A stretch of 12,900 nucleotides of DNA from Candidatus Sigynarchaeum calidifontis. GTDB lineage: Archaea; Asgardarchaeota; Lokiarchaeia; Sigyniarchaeales; Sigyniarchaeaceae. The stretch covers positions 1 through 12,900 of the forward strand of contig JAUQYZ020000209.1 of assembly GCA_030587475.2 (NCBI GenBank), given 5' to 3'. Positions 1-7,069 of the stretch are shown one piece after another. Position 1 is the first letter of the stretch; each line of letters starts with the position of its first letter. The position numbers and the translations under genes are program-made. The notes below the pieces were generated by a model. That model worked only from the letters and a program-made list of their open reading frames with translations, was not told the DNA's origin and ran no database searches.

Positions 1-37
1 TCTGGAAATATACGATCGACTTGTTATTATCAGGTGA
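1..37 (+). CDS. Possible 3' end of an upstream gene (…LEIYDRLVIIR*), product unknown
   Basis: Frame starting at nt 2 is open to TGA at 35-37. Too short to identify; LEIYxxL loosely resembles glycosyltransferase C-termini. Confidence 0.25.
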   Translation, partial: LEIYDRLVIIR

Positions 38-149
38 AATGCGCTGGAATTCATCGAGGGTTGATCTCATTTAATCCTTCACGAGCACCGTGACGCTTGC
101 ATCGGGCGAATCGATGCATGGATCAAGAAAGTAATGGTGTAACGGAACC

Positions 150-1190
150 ATGAATCATCGGGAGAGATTCATCGCGACGGTCGACCGCAAGCCTGTCGAT
201 CGTCCTGCTTGCTGGATGGGCATACCCGCGCCGGCCGCCCTGGAGGGTCTCTACAAGCACTTCAAGGTAAAGGACCCCGTAGACCTGAAGCTGGCCGTCG
301 ACGACGACGTCTGGGAGGTCAACGTGCCGTACGACAATCCCCCGACGAACCACGTCGCGTGCGCCTTTAACTTTACCAAGAAAGGCCCGATGGCATACGA
401 GAACCGGACGCTCACGGCACCCGGGGTCTTCGAGGACTGCAAGGACCCGGCCGATGTTGACGATTTCGATTGGCCCGACCCGGCGGAACACATGGATCCA
501 GAAAAATGCCGTGATGTCGTGGATGCAGTCCCGCGTGACTACCCGGTGCTCGGTGTGCTCTGGTCCGCGCATTTCCAGGACTTGCTCGCTGCTTTCGGCA
601 TGGAGAAATGCTTCATCAAGATGCAAACACACCCGGCCGTCGTCGAAGCCGTTTCGAACCGCATCGTCGATTTCTACCTGAAAGCTAACGAGATCTTCTA
701 CAAGGCAACGAGCGGCCGGCTCGATGCGGTCCTCGTCGGTAACGACTTCGGTGGCCAAAAAGGCTTGATGATCCACCCGAAAAAGATCGAGAGGTTCGCG
801 TTGCCTGGTGCCAAGAAGATCGTCGATCAAGCAAAAGCACGCGGCCTCAAGGTGATCTACCACTCGTGCGGCTCCGTGTACGAGGTGATCCCCATGTTTA
901 TCGACCTGAAGGTGGACGTGCTACACCCGATCCAGGCATTGGCTGATCGCATGGAGCCATGGCGGTTGAAGGTAAACTTTGGCGACAAGATCTCGTTCTG
1001 CGGGGGCGTGGATCACCAGCACTTGCTCGTGAACGGCACGCCAGAAGAAGTCATAAAGAAGGTGTTCGAGCTGCGCCGGATATTCCCAACCGGGCTCGTG
1101 ATCTCGCCGAGTCACGAGGCCATCGTGCCGGACATCCCGCCGCGGAACATCGAGGCCATGCTCGCCGCGGTCAAGCGCGGCAAGCCATGA
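150..1190 (+). CDS. Uroporphyrinogen decarboxylase (URO-D)/MtaA-CmuA methyltransferase superfamily protein, not a true HemE
   Basis: 346 aa. Has the N-terminal 'MNHRERFIATVDRKPVDRP', 'GNDFGGQKGLMIHP', the HxCG motif 'YHSCG', 'SFCGGVD' and the C-terminal 'ISPSHEAIVPDIPPRNIEAM'. Lacks the HemE MRQAGR motif. Confidence 0.85.
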   Translation: MNHRERFIATVDRKPVDRPACWMGIPAPAALEGLYKHFKVKDPVDLKLAVDDDVWEVNVPYDNPPTNHVACAFNFTKKGPMAYENRTLTAPGVFEDCKDPADVDDFDWPDPAEHMDPEKCRDVVDAVPRDYPVLGVLWSAHFQDLLAAFGMEKCFIKMQTHPAVVEAVSNRIVDFYLKANEIFYKATSGRLDAVLVGNDFGGQKGLMIHPKKIERFALPGAKKIVDQAKARGLKVIYHSCGSVYEVIPMFIDLKVDVLHPIQALADRMEPWRLKVNFGDKISFCGGVDHQHLLVNGTPEEVIKKVFELRRIFPTGLVISPSHEAIVPDIPPRNIEAMLAAVKRGKP

Positions 1191-1232
1191 AGCATGGTTC
1201 ATGCTCGTGTCGCGATGTCTCGACCTTTTTTT
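1191..1232 (+). terminator. Putative terminator of the URO-D-like gene
   Basis: Small inverted repeat AGCATG-gtt-CATGCT (1191-1205) directly after the stop, then a T7 run at 1226-1232. Confidence 0.45.
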
Positions 1233-1324
1233 ACGGGTGTTCGCTCTAATCTGGTAGATATCAGAGAAATGTTCTCTTGGAACAGGACCTCGATGGTGGA
1301 TCAACATCTAAAGGAGGCGAGATC

Positions 1325-1543
1325 GTGACCGCGAAGAATCCTTCAAGCAGCGATGGCATCGACTTGAAGAAATTGCTCGAGATCTTGCCCAAGTTGATCA
1401 GGGAAAACGACACGGTCAAGGGAGCCATCATCACGGCCCTCTCCGGTGTCGTTGCCACGAGGGCGGATTTTAAAGAATTCATCCGCGAAAATGACAAGCG
1501 GTTCGACGCGATGCAAGCCGAGATGAACAATACCGAATCACGT
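1325..1543 (+). pseudogene. N-terminal remnant of an archaeal coiled-coil (DKRF-repeat) protein, probably of the DUF3782/PD-(D/E)XK-associated type
   Basis: Strong SD AAGGAGG (1311-1317) 7 nt before GTG 1325. Peptide 'LKKLLEILPKLIRENDTVKGAIITALSGVVATRADFKEFIRENDKRFDAMQAEMNN' is amphipathic and matches my recollection of Lokiarchaeia coiled-coil-repeat proteins. The frame has no stop of its own and runs antisense into the flippase 3' end (to 1759), where it stops looking protein-like. Confidence 0.55.
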
Positions 1544-3394
1544 TTATTCTCTCTTCATGGCAGCCCGCTTCAGCGCCATGAGCTCCTCGGCCTCGCGCCG
1601 GGCTTGCGTGTCGTCCATCTTGAACCGCCCGTGCAATCGCGCGTGGCTCGCCGCCCACTTGATGCTCTTGAACATGGGATTCGCGATGAATTTGCCGACA
1701 CCAGAGATCTTCGCGGCCTTTTCAAAAGAATTCACGCTGGCCTCGTCCCACCCGCCTAGAAAGACCGTCCCCGGGATCCAGATATAGACCGGGAGGGCAA
1801 AGCAGAAGATCGCGGCCATCGGGATCAAGGCGACGAGCGCGCCGTACGCGTCTTTCATCGGCGTGTAGAGGAACAAGTAGGCCAGGTAAGCGCCGAGGCA
1901 GGCCAGCCCCGCCATGATGCCCGGCGCGCCGAACGTCTGCCAGAGCGGTATCTTGATCTTGAGCATCTTCTTGTTGATGTACGTGTATGACAGGACCGCG
2001 ACGACAAAAGCGGCGGCGAGGTCGCCCGCGGGCATGAGCCAGAACAGGACAGACGAGCCGTATGCCTGCGGCAGCTTGAACACGACGAGGAAAAGCCACC
2101 ACGAGAGCGTCGACAAGCCCAGGCCCAGGAACCCGAAGCCCATGGCCACGTTCGGCTTGTCGCTGGACGTGAATACGACTCCCGGAAGCTCGAAATACGG
2201 ATTGAAAAACCGCCGTGCCATGGTCGGCATGATAAACGGGATAGCCATCAAGTAATAGTCTAGCCCGATGAAGAGCAGCGCGTCGCCGAGCACGAGTTGA
2301 ACCGCGAAAATAATGACGTAGAACAAGATCTGGATAACGGCATCGAAACGCCACACTTGTCCGATGTAATACTGGGCAAGGGCTTTTTTGCCGTTCATGT
2401 ACGACTCGGCGATGCTGCCGCCGAGATCGAGCTTGAGTTGCTGGACGAAGTTCACGATGCTCTGGCCCACGCTGAGGAGGGCGATGAAGGTCGTGTACTG
2501 GGGCACGGTGAGCCACCAAGACAGCACGAGCAAGCCCACGAAGCCCGAGATGGCGCTGGGAAAGCCGGTCTTGACGCCGAAAAAAAACACGTCCTTCACG
2601 AGGTGGCGATCGAAGTCGTGGCGGAAGCAGTCGCGCACCCGGATGCCAAACTTGCCCATGACCTGGGAAAACATCTTCATACCGAACAGCATCACGATGA
2701 AATCATCGAGGTACTTCCCGAGCGTCAAGCCCATCGATATCGCCAGGATGATGCCGATCTCCACGTTCGCGCCGATGGTGTATCGGAAGAGGATGACCAA
2801 GCCGATCTCCATCGATGCCTGGAAGATGTCACCCTCGAGGAATCCGATCCACGATGATTTATGGAACTGCTGGAGGGCTTCCAGCGCGTGCTTGAAGACC
2901 CCTTGCATGGCAGGGTACTGCACGGTACTGTAGAGCAAAAATATCCAGGTAAAATGGAGGAAACTCTGAAAGGGCATGTATAGCGCCCAAAACGCGATCA
3001 TGGTAACCTGGATCAAGCCCGAGAAGCATTGATACCATATAAAGTACTGTAGGTACAAGAGCATCTTTTTCGGGTCCTTGGTGCCGTGCTCGCCGATGTA
3101 CCGGTTCATCATGTTCGCCGTGCCGAGATCGAAGGCGATGTATAGTGCCCCGAAAAGGCTCGTGGCGGTGTCGTAATAGCCCTTGGTCTCCGGATAGGGG
3201 AACATGATCGGGAAGAGCAGCAGCGCTGTCACGATGCCCATTACAATGTGAAAGATGGTGAAAACGATCTTGTAGAAAAACCCACCAAGCATGCGGTGAA
3301 AGCCGACCGCTTCCCACAAGTCCTCTTTCGGTTCGGCATTCTTCGCTTTTTCAGCCGTATCCAACGTAATAGAAGGTGTGCCAGTTCCATCCAT
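1544..3394 (-). CDS. MOP-superfamily (polysaccharide flippase/MATE-like) polytopic membrane protein
   Basis: 616 aa with roughly 13-14 hydrophobic segments. 'AFDLGTANMMNRYIGE' matches the Wzx/MOP 'DLG…RYI' signature. Two-lobed layout with a central hydrophilic linker (RVRDCFRHDFDRHLVKDVFFFG). Confidence 0.75.
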   Translation of the reverse strand: MDGTGTPSITLDTAEKAKNAEPKEDLWEAVGFHRMLGGFFYKIVFTIFHIVMGIVTALLLFPIMFPYPETKGYYDTATSLFGALYIAFDLGTANMMNRYIGEHGTKDPKKMLLYLQYFIWYQCFSGLIQVTMIAFWALYMPFQSFLHFTWIFLLYSTVQYPAMQGVFKHALEALQQFHKSSWIGFLEGDIFQASMEIGLVILFRYTIGANVEIGIILAISMGLTLGKYLDDFIVMLFGMKMFSQVMGKFGIRVRDCFRHDFDRHLVKDVFFFGVKTGFPSAISGFVGLLVLSWWLTVPQYTTFIALLSVGQSIVNFVQQLKLDLGGSIAESYMNGKKALAQYYIGQVWRFDAVIQILFYVIIFAVQLVLGDALLFIGLDYYLMAIPFIMPTMARRFFNPYFELPGVVFTSSDKPNVAMGFGFLGLGLSTLSWWLFLVVFKLPQAYGSSVLFWLMPAGDLAAAFVVAVLSYTYINKKMLKIKIPLWQTFGAPGIMAGLACLGAYLAYLFLYTPMKDAYGALVALIPMAAIFCFALPVYIWIPGTVFLGGWDEASVNSFEKAAKISGVGKFIANPMFKSIKWAASHARLHGRFKMDDTQARREAEELMALKRAAMKRE

Positions 3395-3417
3395 AATGTA
3401 TGCTTCACGGCGAGCGA

Positions 3418-3424
3418 TTAATAA
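3418..3424 (-). promoter_or_regulatory. Archaeal TATA-like box for the flippase gene
   Basis: TTATTAA on the minus strand, 24-30 nt upstream of ATG 3394; no SD visible, consistent with a leaderless or short-leader transcript. Confidence 0.55.
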
Positions 3425-3440
3425 CTATTGATGACATTTA

Positions 3441-3461
3441 GGAGGAAAAATAGAGAGAGAA
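3441..3461 (-). terminator. Pyrimidine/T-rich terminator after the M23 gene
   Basis: Minus strand reads TTCTCTCTCTATTTTTCCTCC about 20 nt after the stop at 3482. Confidence 0.45.
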
Positions 3462-3481
3462 CGATAACGCGCCGGTGCGCA

Positions 3482-4261
3482 TCAAGCGCCATCTCGCTTC
3501 GAAACGACTTTCGTCTTCGTCGCACGTCGCTTCCTGGAGATCACGACCACGATGATGACGAGCAAGGCAACCCCGGCGATGTACAGCGGCAAGTTCATGG
3601 TCAAGATCGGGGTCTGGAAATATATTTTGCTCCTGTCCACGTACAAGCACGTCGAGCAATTGGCTTGGGCCGCGATCCGGTCGTAGATCAGCCTCGCGGC
3701 GGGAGACGAGAGCTGCCGGGGACATGCATCTTGGAAGCGCGTCGTGACAGTGAAATGCAGGTGGGAATAATGGTTTAGGCTATGTGCCCAGTAGAGCTTC
3801 GCGACCACGTCACCAGGATTCACGCGCTGGAGAAGCGTGACGTAAATCGACGACCGCTGCAAGCTGTTGTTCACCGTGTCCGTGCCCGGGAAATGCGGTT
3901 CCAGCGTGAGGATCACCATCCAATGCCAGTTGTACTGGATGATGATGTTGAAGTTGATGTTGTTGTCCGTGCTATACATGTTATTCATTTCGAAAATGGC
4001 AACCACGGTTCCTTTAACAGGTGCAACGACATCGACGGTCGCGTTGTTCTTGATATCGATGCCGCTGTGGTACGTGTTCGGCCCGTCCCATCCCATGACC
4101 CCGTACGGCTCGAACTCGTAGATGTACTGGTCCTGCTTGATCGGGAATTCCATCACGGGCTCGTCGAAGGTCGGCGGGACCCCGATGGCGAGGGCATACC
4201 CGAGGAGACCACCACCGACGAGAAGAAGGAAGATGATCGCTTTTTTCTTGCTCGGATCCAT
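3482..4261 (-). CDS. M23-family (LytM-like) zinc metallopeptidase with N- and C-terminal membrane anchors
   Basis: 259 aa. HxxxD 'YHSGID' (H65/D69), 'VVAPVKGTVV', 'QRVNPGDVVAKL' and HxH 'SHLHF' (H167/H169). Hydrophobic segments at aa 8-28 and 224-241, the latter followed by a basic tail RKRR. Confidence 0.8.
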   Translation of the reverse strand: MDPSKKKAIIFLLLVGGGLLGYALAIGVPPTFDEPVMEFPIKQDQYIYEFEPYGVMGWDGPNTYHSGIDIKNNATVDVVAPVKGTVVAIFEMNNMYSTDNNINFNIIIQYNWHWMVILTLEPHFPGTDTVNNSLQRSSIYVTLLQRVNPGDVVAKLYWAHSLNHYSHLHFTVTTRFQDACPRQLSSPAARLIYDRIAAQANCSTCLYVDRSKIYFQTPILTMNLPLYIAGVALLVIIVVVISRKRRATKTKVVSKRDGA

Positions 4262-4333
4262 GTAGAAACCCCGTCAATCGTTCAAGAATCGATGTTCACG
4301 CCAGCCTTCTATCATTGTAATGTTCGTTCCAGG

Positions 4334-4340
4334 AAAAAAA
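4334..4340 (-). terminator. Oligo-T terminator after the ThuA-like gene
   Basis: T7 run on the minus strand 3 nt after the TAG (4344-4346). Confidence 0.45.
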
Positions 4341-4343
4341 TGT

Positions 4344-5123
4344 CTAAAAGTCATAATCCTCCTCGCGCTTGTTCGGGTCGGAGAGGGGGTTGAGCGTGAA
4401 GTTTTGGTTCGGGCACGTGCCGATGAGGCGCGTGTCGGTGCTGCCCTCGAACTTGCACCAGCGCACGGCGTTCGTTATGACGGCCTGGATTTCCGGGTTG
4501 TGATAAATCGGGAACGTCTCGTGGCCGGGCTGGAAATAAAAGATCTTGCCCTTGCCGCGATGCCAGCAATTGCCGCTGCGAAACACCTCCCCGCCCTCGA
4601 ACCAGCTGATGAAGACCAGATCATCCGGCGTCGGGATGTCGAAAAACTCGCCGTACATCTCCTCGTGGGCGAGCTCGATGACCTGGGGGATGCCCTTTGC
4701 GATCGGGTGGTAAGGGTTCACGCACCAGACGTGGCTCTTTTCTGCCTTTTCACGCCAGACGAGGCTGCCCGACGTGCCCATCAGTTTCTTGAAAGGCTTG
4801 GAGAAGTGGCTGGAATGCAGCGCGATGAAACCCATGCCGTTCAGCACCCGCCCCTGGATCTCTTCGACGATGTCATCTTTCACGGCATCGTGCGCGCCGT
4901 GCCCCCACCAGATCAAGACATCTGTCTCGTCGAGGACATTGCCACCAAGACCGTGTTCCTTGTCTTTATCCAGCCAGGCGGTCTTGACTTCCATGTCGGG
5001 CTGCTTTCTCAAGAAAGATGCGATGGTCTCATGGATACCCTTCGGATAGATCATCTGGATGATACCAGGTTTTATCTCGTGGCGATATTCATTCCATACG
5101 GTTACTCGGATTTTTCCAGCCAT
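4344..5123 (-). CDS. thuA: ThuA-like (trehalose utilization) protein, class I glutamine amidotransferase-like fold
   Basis: 259 aa from ATG 5123 (MAGKIRVTVWNEYRHE). Motifs 'IYPKGIH', 'DVLIWWGH', 'GMGFIALHSSHFSK', 'EEMYGEFFDIP', 'SWFEGGEVFRSG' and 'FYFQPGHETFPIY' are typical of ThuA. Confidence 0.9.
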   Translation of the reverse strand: MAGKIRVTVWNEYRHEIKPGIIQMIYPKGIHETIASFLRKQPDMEVKTAWLDKDKEHGLGGNVLDETDVLIWWGHGAHDAVKDDIVEEIQGRVLNGMGFIALHSSHFSKPFKKLMGTSGSLVWREKAEKSHVWCVNPYHPIAKGIPQVIELAHEEMYGEFFDIPTPDDLVFISWFEGGEVFRSGNCWHRGKGKIFYFQPGHETFPIYHNPEIQAVITNAVRWCKFEGSTDTRLIGTCPNQNFTLNPLSDPNKREEDYDF

Positions 5124-5146
5124 AAATTTCTCTTCCCTTTGCCTCA

Positions 5147-5152
5147 CTTAAA
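5147..5152 (-). promoter_or_regulatory. TATA-like box for the thuA-like gene
   Basis: TTTAAG on the minus strand, 24-29 nt upstream of ATG 5123; favours 5123 over the GTG at 5147 as start. Confidence 0.45.
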
Positions 5153-5242
5153 CGTTATAGTGCAATTTCAGAAATATCGGCGACCCGCGGCATTTTTAGG
5201 AGGGGATGAAATCATCATTTTCCCCGTGGGTGGCTTTTGCTC

Positions 5243-6331
5243 ATGGCTCGCATCATCATGCACGTCGACCTGGACTGCTTCTACGCATCGGTCGAGAAGC
5301 GCGACAACCCGGAATATGTGGGAAAGCCACTTGTCGTCGGCGCGGATCCCAGAAGTGGCAATGGCCGGGGCGTCGTGCTCACGGCCTCGTATGAAGCGCG
5401 CAAGTTCGGCATCAGGTCCGGCATGCCCATCTCTCGCGCGTTCAAGGCTTGCCCGGCCGCGATCTTCGTTCGGCCCGACTTTCCCCGATATGTCGAGGCA
5501 TCGCGCAGCGTCATGGCTATCCTCAAGCAAGTATCCACTAGCTTCCAGCCCGGCGGGCTCGACGAGGCATATATCGACGTGACAGGCCGATGCCCGACGT
5601 TCGATGCTGCGATGAGCCTCGCCGCTGCCATCAAGAATCAAGTGCGGGAGACGGTCGGCATCACGTGCTCGGTCGGCATCGGCCCCACGAGGTCGCTCGC
5701 GAAGATCGCCACGGATATTCACAAGCCCGACGGCATCACGATCATCACGCCCGAGACCATCGAACAAGTCACGGGCTATCTGGACATCGACGTCATCCCC
5801 GGCATTGGTAAAAAAACCCGGCAGTACTACGTGGACAAGGGCTTGCAGACCATCGGCGACTTGTACCGTAAAACCCTCCCCGAGCTCGTGTTCTTGCTCG
5901 GTAGCCGCGCGGCCAAATGGCTCTACGACACCGTCCACGGCATCGAACACGGCACCGTGCACGAACATCGCGACAGAAAGTCAATATCCAAGGAACACAC
6001 CTTCTCGGAGGATATTTCCGATTACGATGCAATCACGGCAAAGCTGCACGACTTGAATGCCCGGCTGCACGCCACCATCCGCGAGAAGGGCATCTCCTAT
6101 AAGACCGTGACCCTGAAGATCCGCTTCCAGGGATTCGAGACGTTCGTGCGATCGATGTCGGCTATCAGGGCAATTCAAAACGAGGCACGCGCCTTTTCGA
6201 TGGTTTCGGCAATGCTCGAACCTTTCAAACAAAATAACAAGAAAGTACGGCTCGTTGGGATCAAGCTATCGAACCTGGAAGGGAAATCCAGTTCCTACCA
6301 GCGAACGATTAATGATTTCATAAAAAGGTGA
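5243..6331 (+). CDS. dinB: DNA polymerase IV (Y-family, DinB/Dpo4-like)
   Basis: 362 aa from ATG 5243. Motifs 'HVDLDCFYASVE', 'TASYEARKFGIRSGM', 'LDEAYID', 'LAKIATDIHKPDG', HhH 'IPGIGKKT', little finger 'RKSISKEHTF…VTLKIRF…VRLVGI', and C-terminal PIP box QRTINDFI. Confidence 0.95.
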   Translation: MARIIMHVDLDCFYASVEKRDNPEYVGKPLVVGADPRSGNGRGVVLTASYEARKFGIRSGMPISRAFKACPAAIFVRPDFPRYVEASRSVMAILKQVSTSFQPGGLDEAYIDVTGRCPTFDAAMSLAAAIKNQVRETVGITCSVGIGPTRSLAKIATDIHKPDGITIITPETIEQVTGYLDIDVIPGIGKKTRQYYVDKGLQTIGDLYRKTLPELVFLLGSRAAKWLYDTVHGIEHGTVHEHRDRKSISKEHTFSEDISDYDAITAKLHDLNARLHATIREKGISYKTVTLKIRFQGFETFVRSMSAIRAIQNEARAFSMVSAMLEPFKQNNKKVRLVGIKLSNLEGKSSSYQRTINDFIKR

Positions 6332-6370
6332 GTGCGTTTCACCGCGGGGATTGATTCCTGGCAGCGCCCT

Positions 6371-6985
6371 TCAGCCTGTCGGTCTCCAAAGCATTGAATA
6401 GAGAATCAAAGGGGTTCCAGGGATGGTGCATTCCTCCCGCAGCTTGAACCCGATGCGCTTGTAGATCTCCACGTTCTTGGCCTCGAACGTCTCCAGGTAG
6501 CAAGGAACATGATCCTCACCGGCCTTTTTCAACAGCGGCACGAGCAACCGCCTCGCGTACCCCTTTCCTTGGTGCGCGGGATGTACCGCAAGGTATGCGA
6601 CGTAAATGTGTGGCACGGGAGCATTTTTTTTCCTAATCTTGTCGATAATCCTTGAGACCTTGTTGAAACGCCACAACCACGTGACATTCCATCGAGTGAA
6701 AACGAGGCTCAAGGCTCCACACTTGAGGAGCTGTGTAATCGTCGGCCCGTGTTCGTTGCTTGGCGCGTAGAGCATGACGCCTTCGCAGTTCTCCGAGGTG
6801 ATGACCATGTTTCCAAACTTGTATCCATACACAGCGGTTACCTTGAAGATCTTCGGAAGCAGTTTCTTGCGGATATCATCATCGGGCACGATGTACTTGT
6901 GGAGCGGGTAATCGTAAAACGCGTCGGAGAAAGTACGTTCCACTTTCACCAAGTCTGCCTTCGTGGGCTTGTAATGACCTTCCAT
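6371..6985 (-). CDS. GNAT-family N-acetyltransferase
   Basis: 204 aa. Acetyl-CoA motif A 'LAVHPAHQGKGYARRLL', plus 'PCYLET' and 'NVEIYKRIGF'. Confidence 0.9.
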   Translation of the reverse strand: MEGHYKPTKADLVKVERTFSDAFYDYPLHKYIVPDDDIRKKLLPKIFKVTAVYGYKFGNMVITSENCEGVMLYAPSNEHGPTITQLLKCGALSLVFTRWNVTWLWRFNKVSRIIDKIRKKNAPVPHIYVAYLAVHPAHQGKGYARRLLVPLLKKAGEDHVPCYLETFEAKNVEIYKRIGFKLREECTIPGTPLILYSMLWRPTG

Positions 6986-7069
6986 CCCATCCCCTATTCA
7001 AGATACGTGGTAGTTGCGCTCATCGCCGGGATTCTTTTTTTATTTTCATTAATCAATCACGTGACATTC

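Noticed and set aside
123-863. 246-aa minus-strand ORF, and similar long alternative ORFs at 1722-2519, 3782-4393, 5168-5968 and 6749-7672
   Set aside because: They overlap well-supported genes on the opposite strand or in another frame, as expected from GC-rich codon usage.
5552-5578. DinB motif reads GGLDEAYID instead of S[IL]DEAYLD
   Set aside because: The catalytic Asp-Glu pair and the steric-gate region (DCFY) are intact; the Ser-to-Gly change alone does not indicate inactivation.
4320-5582. 420-aa plus-strand ORF spanning thuA and the start of dinB
   Set aside because: Antisense shadow of thuA followed by an off-frame overlap with dinB; no recognisable motifs.
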